Below, piece after piece: positions 50,116-59,282 of a DNA stretch of 64,000 nt. The position numbers were made by a program, and so were the translations under genes. The stretch's first letter is position 1, and the number at the start of each line of letters is the position of its first letter. The notes under the pieces were generated by a model. That model was given only the letters and a program-made list of their open reading frames with translations. It was not told the DNA's origin and did not search any database. Origin of the DNA: an uncultured Gammaproteobacteria bacterium (GTDB lineage Bacteria; Patescibacteriota; Patescibacteriia; Patescibacteriales; UBA12465); assembly GCA_964522055.1 (NCBI GenBank), contig CAZFUP010000001.1, positions 8,577-72,576 on the forward strand. The letters run 5' to 3'.

Positions 50116-51921
50116 ATGGGTCAAGCTGAGGAGATAAAATCAAAATTGGATATTGTGGAAGTAATTCGTGAGTATATCCCGGTAAAAGCAGTTGGTGCTA
50201 ATTTTCAAGCACTTTGCCCTTTTCATAATGAAAAAACACCGTCTTTTGTTATTTCTCCAGATAAGCAAATTTGGCATTGTTTTGGCTGTGGTCGTGGTGG
50301 CGATGTTTTTTCTTTTATAATGGAAAAAGAAGGTTTAAGTTTTTCTGAAGCTTTACGTCTTTTAGCTCCTAAAGCTGGAGTAGTCTTAAAATATGAAAAC
50401 AAGGAAGAGCACTCTAAGCGCAATCGATTACTTGATGTCTTGGAATTAGCCGGAAAATATTATGCTCATGTTCTTAGCACTTCAAGCGGTGAAGCGGCTA
50501 GGCGGTATTTAAAAGAGAGACGATTAAAAGAGGAAATTATTAACACTTGGCAACTTGGCTATAGCCCTGAATCTTGGGATGGCTTATATAAATTTTTAAA
50601 AGCCAGACCACTACAGGGGAAGAAATATAGTGATGAGGAAATAGTGGCAGCGGGACTGGTGATAAAAAGAGATAATTCTGGTTTTTATGATAGATTCCGT
50701 GATCGCATTATGTTTCCTATTAAAGACGCAAACGGTAATCTTATTGCCTTTACCGCTCGAATTAATCCAGAAAAAGAAGCGACGGAAAAAGTGGGGAAAT
50801 ATATAAATAGTCCGCAGACAAGTGTTTATGATAAAAGTCGGGTGTTATTTGCCTTAGATAAGGCCAAAGAAGCAATTAGGAAGGAGAACTTAGCAATTGT
50901 CGTAGAAGGACAAATGGATGCCATTTCTTGCCATCAGAGTGGCTTTCAAAACGTAGTCGCCTCTTCAGGGACAGCTTTAACAACAGAACAAGTTTCTTTA
51001 TTGAAAAGATTTAGTAATAATGTCGCTTTAGCTTTTGATATGGATCAGGCCGGACAGATGGCTGCTGATAGAGGGATAAAAGAAGTTTTAGCGCAAGAGT
51101 TAAATTTAAAAATAATAGTTTTGCCAAACGGGAAAGATCCAGATGAATGTTTAAAGAATGGTCCAGATGATTTCAGGCAGGCGATTATAAATGCTAAGCC
51201 AGTGCTGGAGTATTATTTTGAAAAAATAAGTGCGCCTTTAGATTTATCTAATTTAGATAATAAGATAAAAGTACGTAGCCAAATGTTTAACATGATAGAT
51301 TTGGTTAAGAATCAAACAGAACAGGGCTATTGGTTAAAAAAAGTTAGTGAAGAATTAGATTTTGCCGAAGAAGATGTTCGTAGCGAATTTAAATCTTGGA
51401 AAGGAAAACAGAGACCGGAATTTGTTAAGAAAGAGGCAGGGGAAGAGAAAAAAACTGAGCTTCGTTTACGTGAAGATAGATTAGCGGAATTAGCCCTTTC
51501 TTTGGTGGTGAAGTTTCCGGAATTATTTTCTTATACTCTGGCTAATTTAGAGCCGGAGCACATGAGCGGAGAAGAAAATCTTAGGTTTTACAAGCATCTT
51601 ATAATCTATTATAATAAGACTAATAGTTTTTCGTATGACGATTTTCAATCCTATCTAAAAGAACAAGTAGGGGGTTTAGAAAAGTTATTAGATAAGCTGG
51701 TTCTTTTGGGTGAAAAAGATTTCTATGATCTTGATGTTGACAGAGCAAAAATTGAATTGATAAAGATAGTAATTGAGTTAAAGAAGTTTAATTTTCAGAA
51801 AAAGATAAAGAATTTAGAAAAAGAAATTACTCGTGCTGAAAAGGAAGGGCGAGCTGAAGAGATAGAAACATTAATGCAAGAGTTAAAAAATTTAATGGAT
51901 GAGATCAAAAGATTAATTTAG
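50116..51921 (+). CDS. dnaG: DNA primase
   Basis: CHC2 zinc finger [46 protein letters not shown]. Confidence 0.9.
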   Translation: MGQAEEIKSKLDIVEVIREYIPVKAVGANFQALCPFHNEKTPSFVISPDKQIWHCFGCGRGGDVFSFIMEKEGLSFSEALRLLAPKAGVVLKYENKEEHSKRNRLLDVLELAGKYYAHVLSTSSGEAARRYLKERRLKEEIINTWQLGYSPESWDGLYKFLKARPLQGKKYSDEEIVAAGLVIKRDNSGFYDRFRDRIMFPIKDANGNLIAFTARINPEKEATEKVGKYINSPQTSVYDKSRVLFALDKAKEAIRKENLAIVVEGQMDAISCHQSGFQNVVASSGTALTTEQVSLLKRFSNNVALAFDMDQAGQMAADRGIKEVLAQELNLKIIVLPNGKDPDECLKNGPDDFRQAIINAKPVLEYYFEKISAPLDLSNLDNKIKVRSQMFNMIDLVKNQTEQGYWLKKVSEELDFAEEDVRSEFKSWKGKQRPEFVKKEAGEEKKTELRLREDRLAELALSLVVKFPELFSYTLANLEPEHMSGEENLRFYKHLIIYYNKTNSFSYDDFQSYLKEQVGGLEKLLDKLVLLGEKDFYDLDVDRAKIELIKIVIELKKFNFQKKIKNLEKEITRAEKEGRAEEIETLMQELKNLMDEIKRLI

Positions 51922-51928
51922 CTATATT

Positions 51929-53308
51929 ATGGCAAAGCAAATAAAACAAAAGAAAAAAGTAATGTCTAAGAAAGTTAGCGTTAAGAAGGCTCCGCTTAAA
52001 AAAACGGTTAACCAGAAGAAAGTTAGCGCTAAAAAAACAAAGGCAAATAAAACAGCTTTAAAGAAGCCGTTGGTTAAGGTTAAGAAAAAAACGGAGAAAA
52101 TAAGCCCTAAGAAGGTGATAAAGAAAAAGAAAGAAGTAAAGCAAAAAAAGAAAGCAACTATAAAATTAGTAAAGATAAAAAAAAGCGAAGTTAAGGAAGT
52201 TATAAAACCAACAGAAGAAGCCATGAAGAGGCTTGTAGATAAGGGACGACTGAGAGGTTTTATTACCGAAACAGAACTGTTATATCTTTTTCCAGAAATA
52301 GAAGAGTATGTTTATGAATACGATGTTTTTTTAGGAGAACTACAAAAGAACGGAATTAGAATCGCTGAGGACTCTGGTCGTATTTTAGATATGATAGAGA
52401 AAAAGACCAATGAAGAAGCAACTAGTGGCAAAACTCTCGCTCAGCAAAATGCCATGAATATAGATTTGTCTAAATTAAGCGCCGATTCTATCCAAATGTA
52501 TTTAAAGGAAATAGGGAAGGTTCCGCTTCTAAGTGGGGAAGAAGAGGTCGAGCTGGCTAAAAGAAAAGAAAAAGGGGACAGAGAGGCGGAAAAGAAAATT
52601 ATTGAAGCTAACTTGCGCTTAGTTGTTTCAATCGCCAAGAAATTTGCTGGCGCTAAAGGCATGAGTCTTTTAGATTTAATTCAAGAGGGTAATATCGGCT
52701 TGTTTAGAGCGGTTGAAAAATTTGAATATAGAAAAGGTTTTAAATTTTCAACCTATGCTACTTGGTGGATACGACAAGCAATTACTCGGGCCTTAGCCGA
52801 TCAGTCCAGAACTATTCGTATTCCGGTTCATATGGTGGAAACTATTAATAAATTTCAGCAAATACAACGTAATCTTATTCAAGAATTAGGCCGAGAACCG
52901 TTAGCTGAAGAGATAGCTGCTGAAATGGGAGAAGAGATTGATAAGGTAAGATATATAATGAAAATTTCTCAGGATACTATATCTCTTGAAACAACAATAG
53001 GTGATGATGAAGAAGATTCAACACTAGAGGATTTTATCGAAGATGTAAAAAATGTTACCCCAGATCATGCAGCTGCTTTGCAGCTTCTACGTGATTATGT
53101 AAAAAATATTGTAGCTCAACTATCACCTCGTGAGCAGAAAATTCTAGAAATGAGATTTGGCTTGGTAGATGGTGTTGCTCATACTTTAGAAGAGGTTGGC
53201 CAAGAATTTGAAGTTACCCGTGAACGTATTCGTCAGATTGAATCTAAAGCTCTGGAGAAAATTAGAAAACTTAAAGGACTTGAGAAGTTAAGAGATTTTG
53301 CCGGATAA
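51929..53308 (+). CDS. rpoD: RNA polymerase sigma factor RpoD (sigma-70) with ~100-aa lysine-rich basic N-terminal region in place of acidic region 1.1
   Basis: Region 2 [40 protein letters not shown], region 4 HTH; N-terminus [29 protein letters not shown]... Confidence 0.9.
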   Translation: MAKQIKQKKKVMSKKVSVKKAPLKKTVNQKKVSAKKTKANKTALKKPLVKVKKKTEKISPKKVIKKKKEVKQKKKATIKLVKIKKSEVKEVIKPTEEAMKRLVDKGRLRGFITETELLYLFPEIEEYVYEYDVFLGELQKNGIRIAEDSGRILDMIEKKTNEEATSGKTLAQQNAMNIDLSKLSADSIQMYLKEIGKVPLLSGEEEVELAKRKEKGDREAEKKIIEANLRLVVSIAKKFAGAKGMSLLDLIQEGNIGLFRAVEKFEYRKGFKFSTYATWWIRQAITRALADQSRTIRIPVHMVETINKFQQIQRNLIQELGREPLAEEIAAEMGEEIDKVRYIMKISQDTISLETTIGDDEEDSTLEDFIEDVKNVTPDHAAALQLLRDYVKNIVAQLSPREQKILEMRFGLVDGVAHTLEEVGQEFEVTRERIRQIESKALEKIRKLKGLEKLRDFAG

Positions 53309-53314
53309 TTTTAT

Positions 53315-53788
53315 ATGGATAAAGCCAAGCAAGTAGGAATAAGTTTCGGACTTACCTCAGCTGTAATAACGACTCTTGGATTAATGGTTGGACTTGATGC
53401 TAGCACGGGTTCAAAAGAAGCTGTGATAGCCGGAATATTAACAATTGCTATAGCAGATGCTTTTTCTGACTCTTTAGGCGTTCATTTAGCTAAAGAATCA
53501 GAAGGGAATTTTCATTCTAGACAAGTTTGGCAGGCGACATTTTCTACCTTTTTTTATAAGTTAGTATTTGCCCTAACTTTTTTAATTCCTGCTATTTTTC
53601 TTAAATCGCCTTGGTCGCTTTATGTAGCAATCGCTTGGGGAACACTCATTTTAACAGTTTTAAATATAAATATCGCTAAAAGAAATCATGAGAAACCAGT
53701 TAAGGTTATAGCTGAACATTTATTAATAGCCGCTGCAGTTGTTCTAATTAGTTATTTAGCAGGTAGGTCTATTTCTAGATTATTTTAA
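53315..53788 (+). CDS. Hypothetical small membrane protein (possibly VIT1/CCC1-like)
   Basis: 157 aa, 4-5 hydrophobic helices; weak resemblance only. Confidence 0.35.
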   Translation: MDKAKQVGISFGLTSAVITTLGLMVGLDASTGSKEAVIAGILTIAIADAFSDSLGVHLAKESEGNFHSRQVWQATFSTFFYKLVFALTFLIPAIFLKSPWSLYVAIAWGTLILTVLNINIAKRNHEKPVKVIAEHLLIAAAVVLISYLAGRSISRLF

Positions 53789-53874
53789 GCCTTATTGACA
53801 GAGAAACTGTTTCTGCTAAAATAGGAGTATAAAATGTTTTAAGACATTTTTGTTTTTTGGAGACAATTTAATAT

Positions 53875-53949
53875 TCCCGGGTAGCGCAGCGGTAGCGCAG
53901 TTGGCTGTTAACCAATTGGTCGTCGGTTCGAATCCGACCCCGGGAGCCA
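53875..53949 (+). tRNA. tRNA-Asn (anticodon GTT), CCA encoded
   Basis: Hand-folded cloverleaf: acceptor TCCCGGG/CCCGGGA, D-arm GCGC-AGCGGTA-GCGC, anticodon arm GTTGG-CTGTTAA-CCAAT (anticodon GTT at 53907-53909), T-arm GTCGG-TTCGAAT-CCGAC, discriminator G, CCA. Confidence 0.9.
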
Positions 53950-54007
53950 ACCTAGTACGTCTTTCGAGAGACCCATTCTCGTCAAAAGACGTAGTAAACT
54001 GCAAAAA

Positions 54008-54037
54008 ACATCTCAAATTGAGGTGTTTTTTGTTTTT
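54008..54037 (+). terminator. Rho-independent terminator downstream of tRNA-Asn
   Basis: ACATCTC-aaatt-GAGGTGT 7-bp stem (one G.U) followed by TTTTTGTTTTT. Confidence 0.7.
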
Positions 54038-54107
54038 GACTTTTTGGCTAAAAAATGAGAATATTAATAATATATAAAGTTTTGATAAATAAAAAATAAA
54101 CTCAGCT

Positions 54108-56231
54108 ATGGCTTATAACGGTAGAAAATTGAATAAATATATTTGGATTCCGAAATCAAAAACTGACCTAAGGGAATATAGGGAATTTTTGAAAATTTGT
54201 GATTCTCTTGAAAAAAGAGATGGGTTTTTTAATGATAAAACTATCGGGGAAGAAATGGTTAGTTTAAGGGCTATTGTGGATAGAGATAACACTGCTTCGT
54301 CATATATAGAAAAATATAAAGATAAAAAAGTTGGAGATCAGTCTTATGTGAGTAATGCCAGAATGCTTATAAGAATTTTTAGGTGGTTAGGCTTTATAAC
54401 TAAAGATTATAATCAGGAGATAGATGGAAAGTATTATTTGACTCCGTATGGAAAAGAATTACTTGAATTTCGTGGGCCGATCAAGGAAGAAGAAATTGAT
54501 ATTTTCAGAAATGCTTTTGCTAATATGAGATTTTTTAGTCAAAACGATGATATTAATTATAGAAATTATTATTTTAAGCAAAGGCCATTTTTTAATTTGA
54601 TAAGATTTTTAGATATATTAAATTATGCTTCTCATTACGAGCTAGCTCTTTCAGCACTAGTTTTAAAAGATGAATCTGCGACCGAGATCAAAGAAAAAAT
54701 TGATAAAATAATAAAATGTAGAAAGGAAAAAAATATAAGATGGTTAATGAATGAATATGATTTGGATTGCGATAATAAAAGTCGAGTAACTGGAATATAT
54801 GATGGCCCAAAAGTTTTATTGTCGTTTGCTAAGCAAATGGGGTTAGCAGAAGAGATGGATTTAAGAAGCCCTCAAAACAAAGAAGAATACAAATTGTATA
54901 AAAGGATGTATAGTGACAGTGGTCAGATTTCCGAAAAAAGTGTTAAAAAAATAACAAGAATTACTAAGCTTGGTAAAGATTTTGTTAAAAAATTTGGTGA
55001 TAAAAAATTATTATGGTTCAATGATCTGAATGTGGCAGAAGTAGCTCTTCTATTGCTCGTGATGAAGAATGAAAGCGCTTCAACTTTAGATCTAAAAGAA
55101 CTTGGATTAGAACCAGACAGTTTAAACGATATTTTTATTGTTGAGAATAACAAGGTAGGTGTTGTTGAATCTTTTAATTTTGATTTATATAGAGATGTTC
55201 CTTATGAGGATAGAAAAAAAGTTATTTCATTGATTAACAAAGTTGATAAAAATTTTTTCTCTCATTCATTAAAACATAATACTGATAGCAATAAACAAAT
55301 ATATATTCAAAACGCTGATTACATGGAATGTAAAGAATGCTATTTTGGAAAATGTGCTTTCTATAGAAATAAAATAGACAGTTTTGGAGGTAGTGACAGA
55401 TTTTCAAGCAGAGTGTGCCCAGAAAATTTACTAAATTTTGACGATAAAGGTTATTTGCATATTGATAGCGAAGAATGTGTTGGTTGTGGCCTATGTTTTA
55501 TTTCTTGCCCTTTTGCCGCTATATCAATAGATGAAAATAGCAAATGTTTTAAAAATGAATCAACTAATTCTGGGGAGCTGATTGATATAAGAAAAAAAGA
55601 GGAGTTGACTATTTTATCAGAAAATAAAGCTGAACAAAAAAACAATATATCTTTAAGTGATATACCAACTTTAGTCAATAATTTTATTGATAAGATAAAT
55701 AGACCTGGTAAGAAATGGGATAAGGATCGTTGCTATACCTATGTAAGAAATGTTTTTAGAATATTTGATGTAGATGCTGTGTATTCAGGTTCTGGCGGAA
55801 TGAAAACAAGGTCGGATGTATCCATAATTTCTCCTTTTGTAGCTGTCAGTGAGGTTAAAAGTCCAGCAGAGTCGCCTATAAATTTAAAAGCTGTAAGACA
55901 GGCTGTTGACGCTGCTGTTCAGTCTGAAACGAAACTAACTATGGCAATCGGTTTAACAACACATAGTGGAGCCGTGGATCAGGAAACAAAATATTTTAAA
56001 ACCATGGGAATAGGTGTTTTATTGTTGGAAATAAAATATATTTCTTTTATTTCTTTTCTGAGTTTATTTGTTAAATTTACTCCGGATTCATTAAAAAGAT
56101 TAATATCTAATAATAGAGGGCTTTTTGGAAAAAATGAATTAAAAAAATACCTATTTGATGAAATAGATATTTTAAACAGTGATATAAATAAAGAGGAACT
56201 AATAGCAGTAATTGATAAATTGTTTATTTAA
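54108..56231 (+). CDS. Candidate restriction endonuclease-like protein with embedded 2x[4Fe-4S] ferredoxin-like cysteine motif and C-terminal PD-(D/E)xK-like motif
   Basis: Eight Cys around aa 430-480: CKECYFGKC...VCP...CVGCGLCFISCP (canonical CxxCxxCxxxCP). D-x13-E-V-K (SDVSIISPFVAVSEVKS) near aa 590. Convergent with, and overlapping by 8 nt, two DNA methyltransferase genes. Confidence 0.4.
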   Translation: MAYNGRKLNKYIWIPKSKTDLREYREFLKICDSLEKRDGFFNDKTIGEEMVSLRAIVDRDNTASSYIEKYKDKKVGDQSYVSNARMLIRIFRWLGFITKDYNQEIDGKYYLTPYGKELLEFRGPIKEEEIDIFRNAFANMRFFSQNDDINYRNYYFKQRPFFNLIRFLDILNYASHYELALSALVLKDESATEIKEKIDKIIKCRKEKNIRWLMNEYDLDCDNKSRVTGIYDGPKVLLSFAKQMGLAEEMDLRSPQNKEEYKLYKRMYSDSGQISEKSVKKITRITKLGKDFVKKFGDKKLLWFNDLNVAEVALLLLVMKNESASTLDLKELGLEPDSLNDIFIVENNKVGVVESFNFDLYRDVPYEDRKKVISLINKVDKNFFSHSLKHNTDSNKQIYIQNADYMECKECYFGKCAFYRNKIDSFGGSDRFSSRVCPENLLNFDDKGYLHIDSEECVGCGLCFISCPFAAISIDENSKCFKNESTNSGELIDIRKKEELTILSENKAEQKNNISLSDIPTLVNNFIDKINRPGKKWDKDRCYTYVRNVFRIFDVDAVYSGSGGMKTRSDVSIISPFVAVSEVKSPAESPINLKAVRQAVDAAVQSETKLTMAIGLTTHSGAVDQETKYFKTMGIGVLLLEIKYISFISFLSLFVKFTPDSLKRLISNNRGLFGKNELKKYLFDEIDILNSDINKEELIAVIDKLFI

Positions 56232-56994
56232 TAGCAGACAACCTTTTTTTTGCAATTTTAATATAATCATTATTGAGTTCGAATCCAATATAGTTTCTAT
56301 TATTTATTTTAGCGCTCACTAATTCACTCCCAGATCCAGCAAATGGAACAAGTATTAAATCATTTTCATTTGAAAAATGTTTTATTATTTTGTCGCATAT
56401 GGCTATTGGTTTCTGTGTTGGGTGCTCCACTTTCTCTTTTTCAAAATTTTTTCCTGCTAGTGTTGGTATTTGCCAAACATCACCGCCATGTTTTCCTAAT
56501 GGGTTAGGCATCCATGATTTTCCATTTTTAGTTATTTTATATTTAATCCTATCAGCGCTTTTGTAAGGCTCTCTTATTGGGTGGTATGTATATTTTTTTG
56601 ATTTTGTAAACCAAAGTAATGGTTCATAGTTTGCTGATGGTTTTTTGGTATAACCTGACCAGCCATTTTCATAAAACCATATAAACATTCTTCCATATTT
56701 TAACCCTAGCTCATATAAATAGCATTGTGTGTAACAAATATAATCATGAATACCATATACAAATATAGATCCATTGTCTTTTAAAACTCTTTTTGATTCT
56801 TTTAGCCATTCTTTGCTCCATTCGAACCAATCTTCAACGTTTTCCCATTTATCACTATTGTTGCCAAAATCTTTGTTTAAATTATATGGTGGGTCAATAA
56901 TAATCAAATCTACCGAGTTATCAGGTAGATTTTTCATTAATTTAACACAATCTCCACTATATATTTTATTTTTTTGAATTTTTATCTTTTGCAT
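56224..56994 (-). CDS. DNA methyltransferase, beta-class amino-MTase (N6-adenine or N4-cytosine), DPPY type
   Basis: N-terminal IYSGDCVKLMKNLPDNSVDLIIIDPPYN (motif IV) and C-terminal HPTQKPIAICDKII...LVPFAGSGSE (motifs X/I). Confidence 0.85.
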   Translation of the reverse strand: MQKIKIQKNKIYSGDCVKLMKNLPDNSVDLIIIDPPYNLNKDFGNNSDKWENVEDWFEWSKEWLKESKRVLKDNGSIFVYGIHDYICYTQCYLYELGLKYGRMFIWFYENGWSGYTKKPSANYEPLLWFTKSKKYTYHPIREPYKSADRIKYKITKNGKSWMPNPLGKHGGDVWQIPTLAGKNFEKEKVEHPTQKPIAICDKIIKHFSNENDLILVPFAGSGSELVSAKINNRNYIGFELNNDYIKIAKKRLSAIK

Positions 56995-57880
56995 TTTGTA
57001 AAATCAATATGTATTGATGATGAATATTGGGAACATAAGCATATGGATATCCATATGGGTAAACCTTTTTTCTGCTTTGGTATAAAACAGTAATACCTTT
57101 TAGAACGAAATTTCCCTTGGATTCTATATAATTGGATAGATCAGTATGAAAAGGGTATAATCTCTCTTTGTGTCTAAGGTCACTGACTACGATTGCAATG
57201 TATTTTTTATTTTTTAATATTCTGTGGCAATCGTTAAAAAAATCTCCGAGAACTTCTATGAATTTATTATAGTTTTTAATTGTGGAAATATCATTTTTGT
57301 TTCCATCGCTGTATTTTGTATCCAATTTATTATTAAGCCTTTCTTGTTTTGCTTTATGATCAATTTTTTCTAGTATGTTCCAATATGGAGGACTTGTAAC
57401 AATAAAATCGAAAAAATCATTTTCAATTTTTTTAATTTCTTTTATTGAATCGCCGTTGATAATTTTCTGCTCTGGATATTTATTTGGGTAATCAACTATT
57501 TCTTTTTTTAATCTTTTTTTGGATAGATCGGAATATTTTTTCATCAGTTCTATCCCATATCCAATTCTACCGCTAAGAGCAGTTGCTTTTAGGGTTGACC
57601 CTACTCCCAAAAACGGATCAAGAACTTTATCCTGTTTTTTTGTAAAAAAATTTATCAGCCTAGAAACATCCTGATAAGAATATGGTGCGGGGTGCATTCT
57701 TTCTATTTCGGTATCCTTATGTTTGGCCCCCAAACCTTTCTGTAGAAACACAGATATTGTTTCCGGTATCCATTCTTTCGAAGTTAAATCATTTAGTTTG
57801 TTTCTTTTATCGTAAATGCCCCTTTCGCCTTTATCAACCCCGTTTTTGCTTTTTTTTGTTGTTTTTTCTTCTTTTTTCAT
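56966..57880 (-). CDS. DNA methyltransferase (amino-MTase, SPPY type, probably N4-cytosine or N6-adenine; motif order X-I...IV)
   Basis: HPAPYSYQDVSRLINFF...VLDPFLGVGST (motifs X/I) followed by FDFIVTSPPYWN (motif IV); overlaps downstream MTase by 29 nt. Confidence 0.8.
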   Translation of the reverse strand: MKKEEKTTKKSKNGVDKGERGIYDKRNKLNDLTSKEWIPETISVFLQKGLGAKHKDTEIERMHPAPYSYQDVSRLINFFTKKQDKVLDPFLGVGSTLKATALSGRIGYGIELMKKYSDLSKKRLKKEIVDYPNKYPEQKIINGDSIKEIKKIENDFFDFIVTSPPYWNILEKIDHKAKQERLNNKLDTKYSDGNKNDISTIKNYNKFIEVLGDFFNDCHRILKNKKYIAIVVSDLRHKERLYPFHTDLSNYIESKGNFVLKGITVLYQSRKKVYPYGYPYAYVPNIHHQYILILQNAKDKNSKK

Positions 57881-57925
57881 ATTTATTATAATACCATAAA
57901 AATGGCAAAAGTCATATACCTAATA

Positions 57926-59245
57926 TTAAATAAAAATTTGCTTGTTTTTCATTGTTAATCTGCTTTGAAGATTGGAAAGCAAATCTCTTTTTTCTATAAT
58001 ACTGCCTTCTTTGAGAATATATTTGGCATAATTTCTCATATCTACATCTTTCTGCTTTTCAAAATCTTTAGACTCTGTTTTTAGAATACTTCTACTAAAT
58101 TTATAATATCGTTCAACTTCTTCTTTAAACTGTCCTTGTATGCCAAGGATATTTAGGTCAATTTTATCAATCAGGTGGGATAGTTGGATTATTAATTCTT
58201 CTTCTCTTAAATAACCCCCTTTACAATGTAGGTTCCTAGCTCTTGTGCATCCATAATAAACATATCTTCTAACTGAGCCATCGCTCAGTTTTTTAAATTT
58301 TTCGTCAGCTGTGATTCCAGATCCACAATGACCGCATTTAATTAATTTAGTGAAAGCAAACTCTTTACATTCGTGTCTCTCGATATTATCTCTATCCAAT
58401 CTCTCTCTGGCTTTTTGAAATAACACCTTAGTAATGATTGGATCTTGTTTGCCTTGATACCATTTATCACTACCTATGGGATATTCAAATTCTCCGCAGT
58501 AATATGGATCGGCCAGTATTCTATAAATCATACTAAGAGTAAGATTTTTATTATTTTTTGTTTTAAAATCTGTTTCATTTACTATCCATCTTAGCAGTTG
58601 TCTGCCACTCCAATTTTCATAGGCCACTTTCTCGAATAATTTTTTAATATATGGCGCCCTCTTTGGGTCTATAAAAACTTTTTTATCGCCTTTGTCAGCA
58701 TATTTGTCATGAATATATCCAAGGGGTGCTGGTCCTGGTCGCCAACCTTTTTCGCACTTTGCTCTTAGCCCTCGTTTAACATTTATGCCTTTGTGGTCGT
58801 TTTCGAGCTTGGCTTGAGATCCAAGAATCATTAGAAGAAACTTCTCGTTGGGGTTATTTGTAAACTTTTGGCCATGCGTTCTTATCTCTTGAAGTCTACC
58901 TTGATCCATTAAGTCCACTACAGCCCCTAAATCGCCCGCATTACGGCTTAAGCGGTCTGGTGCCAAGCAAAGTATCCCATTAAACATTCCAGTCCTTATA
59001 TCGGCCAGTAATTGGTTGTAGACGGGTCTTTGGCCAGAATCCTTGGCTGAATGACTTTCTCGTCTTATATCGGCTATCTCCATGTTTTCAGCCTTTGCCA
59101 TTTCCAGCATCTCTTTTATTTGAGAATCAATAGAAAGGGCTTGCTGTTCGTCTGATTCTGTTGATTTTCTTGCATATAGGCAATACTTGATGGGAATTAC
59201 CTCTTGAACCCTTGTAAAACCCACGGTTTGTTGTTGTGTTTCCAT
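57926..59245 (-). CDS. Large serine recombinase (resolvase-domain integrase/transposase-type)
   Basis: N-terminal resolvase catalytic domain YCLYARKSTESDEQQALSIDSQ (Ser nucleophile) and ...RLSRN; recombinase domain; C-terminal zinc ribbon CGHCGS...YYGCTRARNLHC. Confidence 0.85.
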   Translation of the reverse strand: METQQQTVGFTRVQEVIPIKYCLYARKSTESDEQQALSIDSQIKEMLEMAKAENMEIADIRRESHSAKDSGQRPVYNQLLADIRTGMFNGILCLAPDRLSRNAGDLGAVVDLMDQGRLQEIRTHGQKFTNNPNEKFLLMILGSQAKLENDHKGINVKRGLRAKCEKGWRPGPAPLGYIHDKYADKGDKKVFIDPKRAPYIKKLFEKVAYENWSGRQLLRWIVNETDFKTKNNKNLTLSMIYRILADPYYCGEFEYPIGSDKWYQGKQDPIITKVLFQKARERLDRDNIERHECKEFAFTKLIKCGHCGSGITADEKFKKLSDGSVRRYVYYGCTRARNLHCKGGYLREEELIIQLSHLIDKIDLNILGIQGQFKEEVERYYKFSRSILKTESKDFEKQKDVDMRNYAKYILKEGSIIEKRDLLSNLQSRLTMKNKQIFI

Positions 59246-59282
59246 ATTTTTACTAATTTTACTTAATTACAACAACATTAAT

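Noticed and set aside
51922-52224. 100-aa minus-strand ORF antisense to the rpoD 5' region
   Set aside because: It is the reverse-complement shadow of the lysine-codon-rich (AAA/AAG) sigma-factor N-terminus (gives Phe/Leu-rich nonsense); rpoD identity on the plus strand is unambiguous.
53816-54077. Track ORFs 53816-54016 (-) and 53850-54077 (+)
   Set aside because: Both overlap the well-formed tRNA-Asn gene and its terminator; no coding signal; judged spurious.
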